The notes under the pieces are model-generated. The model did not search any database. It saw only the letters and a list, made by a program, of their open reading frames with translations, and had not been told where the DNA came from. A program made the position numbers and the translations under genes. A DNA stretch of 39,901 nt from a virus (Duplodnaviria > Caudoviricetes). How positions within the stretch are numbered: the stretch's first letter is position 1; each line of letters begins with the position of its first letter. The stretch is taken from positions 1 through 39,901 of the IMG/VR virus record IMGVR_UViG_3300036821_000055. One strand, written 5' to 3'. Below are positions 34,540 through 39,901 of the stretch, in pieces.

Positions 34540-34862
34540 TGCACCGAGTCGATCTGCCGCTGCACCCACATCTGCGCGTAGGCAACCCCGTCCTCGTCGG
34601 GCAGGTCCGGGTTGTCGATTTCGAGGATTTTGTTGGCCTTGGCGAACCAGCCGTCGGCGATAGCCGGGATGGCGATGCGCCGCCACGAGATCGGCCCCAG
34701 GATCGCGGTCAGGGTGGTGATGCGTTCCCCGATGGATTCGCAGCCGATCGTCCACACCGTGTACGGGCCGGCGTTCGCCATGCGGTGCGCGTCGCGCAGC
34801 TGGCCCCACAGCCATTCCAGCTCGAAGTCCGCCCACGCCCGCAGCGCGGCGTCGTCGGTCAT
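34536..34862 (-). CDS. Hypothetical protein, first gene of the leftward operon
   Basis: AAGGGG RBS before ATG 34862; 108 aa. Confidence 0.7.
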   Translation of the reverse strand: MTDDAALRAWADFELEWLWGQLRDAHRMANAGPYTVWTIGCESIGERITTLTAILGPISWRRIAIPAIADGWFAKANKILEIDNPDLPDEDGVAYAQMWVQRQIDSVQ

Positions 34863-34891
34863 AATCCGATTCCCCTTCTCGTGGTCCCATG

Positions 34892-35010
34892 ATGGTAACG
34901 GTAAACCGTGGGATACGCGCGGATATCCCCGAGAAATCCCGAAAAGTTGTGAATTGAGCTGGGAAACACGGGAAACCGTAGCAGGGTTTGCCGTTACCGC
35001 GTTGTAGGCT
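34892..35010. promoter_or_regulatory. Divergent control region with a 14-bp inverted repeat
   Basis: GGTAACGGTAAACC (34894-34907) and GGTTTGCCGTTACC (34985-34998), one mismatch; TACCAT on minus at 34892-34897; GGGAAAC twice. Confidence 0.6.
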
Positions 35011-35379
35011 GTGCCGGTGGCCGACCCGGACAGCACGTTTGGTGTGGTGGTGGTATGCGGGTTCTTCGCCTGGATGTTGATGGGCTGGCTGGCGGTGGAC
35101 TGGTACATGTGGCACCACGTGCCCAGGCCCTGCGTGCACCGCGTCGCCTGGGATGGCGTTTATCACGGCGGCGAGACACCTGACGGTGTGCCGCCGATCC
35201 CGCCGCTGTTTCGCCGACCCGAGCCGGTCGCGGGCCGCGTCGATGAGTACGGCCGGTACGAGACCATCTACCGGGTCACAAGCCTGCCGCAGTACCCGCT
35301 CGATTTCGGTGAACCCACCTGGGGCGGTGAGATGGTACGCACCATCCAATCGCAGCTCTACAACAACAGGGAGATATGA
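35011..35379 (+). CDS. Membrane protein
   Basis: N-terminal TM segment FGVVVVCGFFAWMLMGWLAV; ends 1 nt before the methyltransferase start. Confidence 0.65.
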   Translation: MPVADPDSTFGVVVVCGFFAWMLMGWLAVDWYMWHHVPRPCVHRVAWDGVYHGGETPDGVPPIPPLFRRPEPVAGRVDEYGRYETIYRVTSLPQYPLDFGEPTWGGEMVRTIQSQLYNNREI

Positions 35380-35380
35380 C

Positions 35381-36208
35381 ATGGCTGAGCACATGCGGGT
35401 GTGGAAAGCCGACGACCCGAACAGCCCGTTCGCGTCCGGTGGGGCGTTCCAGTTCACCGTCCAAGACGCCGACGAGCTCGTCAAGGAGGCATCCGAGAAT
35501 TTCGTGCACCACCAGGGCGAGGCGTGGAAACAGGTGCGGCGGTGGGCCGACGACCAGATGGAGCTGATCGAGGTCGAGGAGGGCGGCTCCCCCAACGGGC
35601 CCGGCGCCAGCCTGTCGCTGACCGAGAACCTGCGCAAGGAGCTGCCCAAGCTGTGGGCGCGGCACAACATCAAATCGGTGTGCGACGTGGCGTGCGGCGA
35701 CTGGAACTGGATGCGGTATGTCGACCTGTCCGGCATCACCAACTATTTCGGCTGGGACATCGACCCCGAACTCATCACCCGCTGCCAGAAGCGGGTGGGG
35801 AAGCTGCTGACACCGGACGGATACAAAGACGGTGGGGGTGGCTGGCCGAAGCCGTTCCCGCACACCTGGTTCGAGGTCCGCAACATCATCGACACCAACT
35901 TCCCCAACGTCGATTGCATCCTGGCCCGCCACATCCTGATGCACCTGCCCAACGACTACATCACCGCGGTGCTGGACAAGATGCGGGCCAGCCACGCCAA
36001 ATACCTGTTGACCAGCAACTTCCCCGACGCCACCAACGACTTCGTGTACGACCCCACCCGCTACGCGTGGATCGGCTACATGGAGCACCCCGTCAACCTG
36101 GAGGAACCACCGTTCGACCTTCAGGGCCGCCTCGACGCGATCCAGGAGGCCACCGGCCCGGCCGGGGTGCTCACCAGCCCGCACGAGCTGGTCCTGTACA
36201 AGCTATGA
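35381..36208 (+). CDS. Class I SAM-dependent methyltransferase
   Basis: GGAG RBS; NGPGAS..TENLR, IKSVCDVACGDWNWM, YFGWDI, DCILARHILMHL and KYLLTSNF motifs. Confidence 0.9.
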   Translation: MAEHMRVWKADDPNSPFASGGAFQFTVQDADELVKEASENFVHHQGEAWKQVRRWADDQMELIEVEEGGSPNGPGASLSLTENLRKELPKLWARHNIKSVCDVACGDWNWMRYVDLSGITNYFGWDIDPELITRCQKRVGKLLTPDGYKDGGGGWPKPFPHTWFEVRNIIDTNFPNVDCILARHILMHLPNDYITAVLDKMRASHAKYLLTSNFPDATNDFVYDPTRYAWIGYMEHPVNLEEPPFDLQGRLDAIQEATGPAGVLTSPHELVLYKL

Positions 36209-36372
36209 GATTCAGCTCAACCCAGGTGCAGGCGATGATCGACACCATCGGCCTGCACGAATCGGACGGCAACGGCTTCTGCTGCAATCACGACTGCCAG
36301 CACTGGCCGCTGGAAAGCCCCTGGCCCAATCATGTGGCGACACAGGTCGTCAAGGTGTTGGAGCAGCTATGA
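36205..36372 (+). CDS. Small His/Cys protein
   Basis: ATGA-coupled; 55 aa; H...CC..DC...H. Confidence 0.65.
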   Translation: MRFSSTQVQAMIDTIGLHESDGNGFCCNHDCQHWPLESPWPNHVATQVVKVLEQL

Positions 36373-36506
36373 AACCGCTCGACGATTACGTGAACTGCGC
36401 CGACTGCGGGCAGGCCCGCCAAACCCGCGTCCTCAACGCGCACGGTGTGTGCCCGTGGTGTCTGCTGACGGTGATCCTGACCCGACCCAACCCGTACCTG
36501 AAATGA
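36369..36506 (+). CDS. 45-aa CxxC-CxxC microprotein
   Basis: ATGA-coupled at both ends; CADC...CPWC; below the ORF-track cutoff. Confidence 0.65.
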   Translation: MKPLDDYVNCADCGQARQTRVLNAHGVCPWCLLTVILTRPNPYLK

Positions 36507-36748
36507 TCCGCTGCACCGACTGCAACCGGCGATGCGGGCGCAGCTTCTACATCGACTGGCGCTACCCCGGCGCGCAGGTCTGCGACGACTGCGTGACAGC
36601 CCGCCGCGACAGCAACCCGACCTGGTTCTGGATCGGCATGGAAACCCGCTACGAGGTGCCCAACGTGGGGTCGATCCTGATCGGCACCATCGGCATCTGC
36701 CTGGGGATCATCACCATCGTGCTGCTGTGCTCCGGGCGGCTCGGATGA
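36503..36748 (+). CDS. Zn-finger-like protein with a C-terminal TM segment
   Basis: CTDC...CDDC, then ILIGTIGICLGIITIVLL. Confidence 0.65.
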   Translation: MIRCTDCNRRCGRSFYIDWRYPGAQVCDDCVTARRDSNPTWFWIGMETRYEVPNVGSILIGTIGICLGIITIVLLCSGRLG

Positions 36749-36984
36749 TCATCGGGCTGTTGGTGCTGGCGTCGATCACCCTGGCGGTGCTGGCCGGGAT
36801 TGTGTGGATTCTGTCGAACATCCGCGACGACCAGATGGTGATCCGGCACTTCATCGCCCACGAGGTCCGCGCCAAACGCGCCGCGCAGGGCGCCCCGACC
36901 GACGCAGCCGGGTTTGAGGAGTGGCTGCAAAACCATCCCGACCGCCCCCACCGCGACGACCCGCCCGCCGGAAGGATCACATGA
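36745..36984 (+). CDS. Membrane protein
   Basis: ATGA-coupled; N-terminal TM segment. Confidence 0.7.
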   Translation: MIIGLLVLASITLAVLAGIVWILSNIRDDQMVIRHFIAHEVRAKRAAQGAPTDAAGFEEWLQNHPDRPHRDDPPAGRIT

Positions 36985-37130
36985 TGAGGGTCTCCAAAAC
37001 CAACCAGGAGAACGCGATCGCGCGCTCGGCTGCCGCCAACGAGGCCCGCCGCGCCCGCGAACGCACCATCGTCGACTGGGACGAGGCCATCGCCCGGCTG
37101 CGTGACATTCTCGACGGCCTCTACCGGTGA
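36981..37130 (+). CDS. Small helical hypothetical protein
   Basis: ATGA-coupled, AAGGA RBS, 49 aa. Confidence 0.65.
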   Translation: MMRVSKTNQENAIARSAAANEARRARERTIVDWDEAIARLRDILDGLYR

Positions 37131-37319
37131 CCGACCGCCAGCAGTTGACGCGCGTCAACCGGTTCTGGCTGCCGCTGTGCGCGGTGACGCTGATCATCAC
37201 CGCCGGCAATCGCCACCTGCCCGGCCGCCAACGCCCAGTTCACCCAGTCATGCACAAACCTGTGGCTGCGGCGGATGCTGCAACGCCGCATCGCACGGTC
37301 AGTCGGGCCAGACACCTAG
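37127..37319 (+). pseudogene. Probably frameshifted secreted small protein
   Basis: Removing one base near 37205 joins WLPLCAVTLIITA to AIATCPAANA-QFTQ (signal peptide with an AxA site) and restores high GC3 codons; stop at 37317-37319. Confidence 0.45.
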
Positions 37320-37652
37320 CCGCCACACGTCGTCGTCACGCCCGAACGTGTGGACGTGCGGGATCGTCAGGTCGGTGAGCTGCCACACCGCAGTCCACCG
37401 TTCGGTGCCGTGATGTTCGTAGCGCAGATGCCCGCGCATGTAGACCAGCCCTTCGACGGGGATCAGCTTCCAGACGCCGACGTCGAGGTCGGCTTCGGCT
37501 GGTTCTACACCGGGTCGGCGCGCGGTGTTCACCGGGCCGTACAGGAACAACCCGTCGATCATCCGTTCCAGGAACCACAACCTGGGCCGACGTTCGGGTG
37601 AACCCTGGAAGATGTAGCCGACGAACTCGTCATCGCCGAGCCGCGCACTCAT
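37299..37652 (-). CDS. Hypothetical protein ending in WPD
   Basis: 117 aa, ATGA-coupled. Confidence 0.7.
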   Translation of the reverse strand: MSARLGDDEFVGYIFQGSPERRPRLWFLERMIDGLFLYGPVNTARRPGVEPAEADLDVGVWKLIPVEGLVYMRGHLRYEHHGTERWTAVWQLTDLTIPHVHTFGRDDDVWRLGVWPD

Positions 37653-37900
37653 TCGCTATCCAACTCGGCCGCCCCAGCCAGCCTGCGCGCCTCGGCGTAG
37701 CGGGCCCGGTGGTGCAGTTCCATCCGCGCACCCCGGCGCGGCACACCGACCGTGACACAGGACGCGCCGGGCCGGGCGTGACACGTCGGGCATTGCGCGG
37801 TGCGGGCGTCCGCATAGCTGATGGTGGGCTCGTCCCACCACACATCCTCGGGCCGTCGCCGGTTCTGCCGGGCGGTCAGTCCGGCCACGCCGCCCACCAC
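37649..37900 (-). CDS. Zinc-finger protein (CxxC..PG..C...H..R)
   Basis: CPTCHARPGASC...HHRAR; start uncertain. Confidence 0.7.
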   Translation of the reverse strand: MVGGVAGLTARQNRRRPEDVWWDEPTISYADARTAQCPTCHARPGASCVTVGVPRRGARMELHHRARYAEARRLAGAAELDSE

Positions 37901-38292
37901 GCGTTCAACCCGACGTCGAACTCGCCGATCCGGTAGATGATGCGCCCGCTGGTGGTGTCGAACGTGAGCAGCGCCCCGTAGAAGCAGTTGTTGCCGGGCA
38001 GCGCCAGATACCCCTTAGCCTGGCAGCACCGCCCGGGCGGGCACGGCTCCCACGGCTGCCAAGCCAGCGTGACGCCCGGATGGATGCTTAACGGGTTGTG
38101 CACGATCTGGTGCAGCAGCTCATCAGCGACCAGAATCTTGGGGTCCGGTCCCGCGACGACGAACAGCTCACCGAGCAGCGGATCATTGCGCCGGTCGATG
38201 CCCAGCTCAAGATTCCCGCCGGGAAGATGCCGGTCGTTCCATACGCATTTCAGCCCGTCCAGCGGCGGTCCCACGTTGCGCAGGTGGATCAC
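37876..38292 (-). CDS. Hypothetical protein ending in WPD
   Basis: GTGA-coupled start at 38292; DPKILVADELL...GALL...IIYRIGEF...WPD. Confidence 0.7.
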   Translation of the reverse strand: MIHLRNVGPPLDGLKCVWNDRHLPGGNLELGIDRRNDPLLGELFVVAGPDPKILVADELLHQIVHNPLSIHPGVTLAWQPWEPCPPGRCCQAKGYLALPGNNCFYGALLTFDTTSGRIIYRIGEFDVGLNAWWAAWPD

Positions 38293-38549
38293 CGCACAGG
38301 CTCCCACTGAGGCAGGCCGAACGCTGCGCCATCGCATTCAAGGATGGCGACCACCCACCATTTACGGCCCCCATCCATTTCAGCCATCACATGATGGCCG
38401 TCCACACACAGCCGATGAAATCCGGCGATGTGCGTCCAATGATCTATCCACGGGATCGCCAGTAACTCGTCAACCGTCTCGGCTTCGGTGTCGTCACCCG
38501 GCTCGTCGTCCACGGTGAAGAACGCGGGCCGATACCGCCTGACCCTCAT
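38289..38549 (-). CDS. Hypothetical protein
   Basis: ATGA-coupled start at 38549; 86 aa. Confidence 0.7.
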   Translation of the reverse strand: MRVRRYRPAFFTVDDEPGDDTEAETVDELLAIPWIDHWTHIAGFHRLCVDGHHVMAEMDGGRKWWVVAILECDGAAFGLPQWEPVR

Positions 38550-38767
38550 CGCTCCACATGCCTGCCCGGCACCACGGTGCGGTGCATCGCGTCGACCTCC
38601 AAGGCAGACAACACATCCCACACGTCGGCCACCGTCGCAAGGAAATAGGCGCAGAATACGCAGCCGCACGTCTCGTGGAAGAAGTGACACGCTGGCCCGC
38701 TCACCGCGGGTGGCGCCATGAACTCCTGGGTCCAATCCCAGTAGTCGGCCTCCGAATCGCCGGTCAT
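38546..38767 (-). CDS. Hypothetical Cys-containing protein
   Basis: ATGA-coupled; C...CGCVFC. Confidence 0.6.
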   Translation of the reverse strand: MTGDSEADYWDWTQEFMAPPAVSGPACHFFHETCGCVFCAYFLATVADVWDVLSALEVDAMHRTVVPGRHVER

Positions 38768-38871
38768 CGTCGTCTGCCCCAACTAGAGCCCAACACGCAG
38801 GCGATCGGCGTCGCGATCATCAGCCACGTCGCCCACGCCAGCCACCAATACCAGGCGACCCCGCCCATCAC
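38764..38871 (-). CDS. 35-aa membrane microprotein
   Basis: GTGA-coupled; WYWWLAWATWLMIATPIACVLG followed by RRR. Confidence 0.55.
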   Translation of the reverse strand: MMGGVAWYWWLAWATWLMIATPIACVLGSSWGRRR

Positions 38872-39008
38872 GGCTCCCCGGGGCCGGGCCGGGCCGTAGC
38901 GTCGGGGTCGGGCACCACAATCCAGTTCAGCTGATGCCCATTGCTGCACACCCAATCACCGCCCTCGACGACGTGGAACTCATCCGCATCGCACTGATCG
39001 CAGCGCAT
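38868..39008 (-). CDS. 46-aa zinc-ribbon microprotein
   Basis: MRCDQCDADEFHVVEGGDWVCSNGH...; below the ORF-track cutoff; fills the gap between neighbours. Confidence 0.6.
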   Translation of the reverse strand: MRCDQCDADEFHVVEGGDWVCSNGHQLNWIVVPDPDATARPGPGEP

Positions 39009-39011
39009 CCG

Positions 39012-39296
39012 TCACCGCCCGATCATCGCCGCCGACTCGGCGAACGGGTGCATCGCGAGGCGGGCCACCAGCCGGGCCAGCGCCTTCTCCCGCTGCGAAT
39101 ACCCGGCGGGCGGCTCGACCAGGCACGCCGACAACACACCCTCGGACACCTCATCCAGCAGCGCCGGCACGCTCATCACCTGCGTGCGGGCGTCGTGGAG
39201 CTGGTTGTGCGCCTCGGCGTACATCAACGCCGACGCCTTGTCGACGTCGCCGTCCAGCAGCGCCGCCGTCACCATCTCCGATGTTGTTTTCACCAT
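39012..39296 (-). CDS. Hypothetical protein
   Basis: AAGGGA RBS, 94 aa. Confidence 0.7.
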   Translation of the reverse strand: MVKTTSEMVTAALLDGDVDKASALMYAEAHNQLHDARTQVMSVPALLDEVSEGVLSACLVEPPAGYSQREKALARLVARLAMHPFAESAAMIGR

Positions 39297-39308
39297 GGTT
39301 TCCCTTCA

Positions 39309-39518
39309 TCATCTTGGTGGCGCTTGGGTGGTAATGAAACGTTGAATCTCATCGAGGGCCGCCCGGTAACCGTTCCAGTAGTTCAGCAGCCGCTCCGTAT
39401 CGGTGAACACGGGGACCGTCCTCGCCTTGAACGGCAGGTCATCAATCGACCGCAGCGCCCGCTCCGAGCGTCGATGCATGTCCGCCAACTGGTCGGCTAG
39501 CCCGCCGGCATCCGCCAT
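39309..39518 (-). CDS. Hypothetical protein
   Basis: GAGGAGG RBS, 69 aa. Confidence 0.65.
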   Translation of the reverse strand: MADAGGLADQLADMHRRSERALRSIDDLPFKARTVPVFTDTERLLNYWNGYRAALDEIQRFITTQAPPR

Positions 39519-39880
39519 TCGTCGTCCTCCTCACCGCCGTAGGCCCACCACGGGCGCATCCCCGCGGTCAGATCGGTGACCGCCTCAGCGTGACCCTTGA
39601 CCGCTTCAGCCTCGGTGCAATACCGCATCATGTGCTCATCGAACTCGCCGCCGAAGATCATGGTTTCGAAGATCACCGGCCGGTAGTTGTCGGGATCGCC
39701 GAAATTGAAGCCGTGGTCCATGCCCAGCCACACCGTGGAAATCTTGGCCTCCCCCACGGTGTCCTCCCCGACCCGCACGTAGGAGTTGGGGCCGTAATGC
39801 CCGTCCGGGTCCAGCCCGCGTTCCCGCAGCTCACCCCACCGCCGTATCGAGATCGGTTCACCCTGCCTGTCGAAATGCAT
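39497..39880 (-). CDS. Conserved phage hypothetical protein
   Basis: ISTVWLGMDH...FETMIFGG...RY.T..EA..GH pattern seen in many phages. Confidence 0.75.
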   Translation of the reverse strand: MHFDRQGEPISIRRWGELRERGLDPDGHYGPNSYVRVGEDTVGEAKISTVWLGMDHGFNFGDPDNYRPVIFETMIFGGEFDEHMMRYCTEAEAVKGHAEAVTDLTAGMRPWWAYGGEEDDEWRMPAG

Positions 39881-39901
39881 GGCGTGCCCCAGACTCGGGT
39901 C

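Noticed and set aside
34171-35742. 523-aa minus-strand ORF
   Set aside because: Only 34171-34539 is a plausible gene; the rest overlaps other genes and the divergent promoter region
30167-36208. Methyltransferases as DNA methylases or a restriction-modification system
   Set aside because: No DPPY/NPPY or PC catalytic motifs and no adjacent restriction nuclease
1-39901. Integrase, repressor, lysins, tRNAs, att sites
   Set aside because: None recognised in the window, so prophage versus free phage cannot be decided

Overview
High-GC actinobacteriophage DNA, most like a Mycobacterium siphovirus or prophage. Nearly all genes are on the minus strand. From the high-coordinate end the order is: small accessory ORFs (39880-37299); a short plus-strand island with a SAM methyltransferase (35011-37319); an accessory operon with a Gly-Gly-terminated ubiquitin-like candidate and a Cys-containing partner, three glycosyltransferases and a second methyltransferase (34862-28778); then the virion module. 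The virion module has the terminase subunits, HK97 portal, protease fusion, major capsid, neck genes, major tail, frameshifted tail chaperones, a 2846-aa tape measure and minor tail proteins that run off the window. Two HNH-AP2 endonuclease genes sit antisense, directly upstream of the capsid and major tail genes. No integrase, repressor, lysin, tRNA or CRISPR array was recognised. Most notable observations: a fixed-spacing GCGTGTC-N26/27-(-10) promoter motif at four late-gene starts; a possible phage ubiquitin-like/E2-like gene pair; an exact PafBC/RecA-NDp promoter on an HNH gene; an apparently circularly permuted peptidoglycan-hydrolase domain in the tape measure; and a putative virion glycosylation/methylation kit. 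All calls come from reading motifs by eye; no searches were run.
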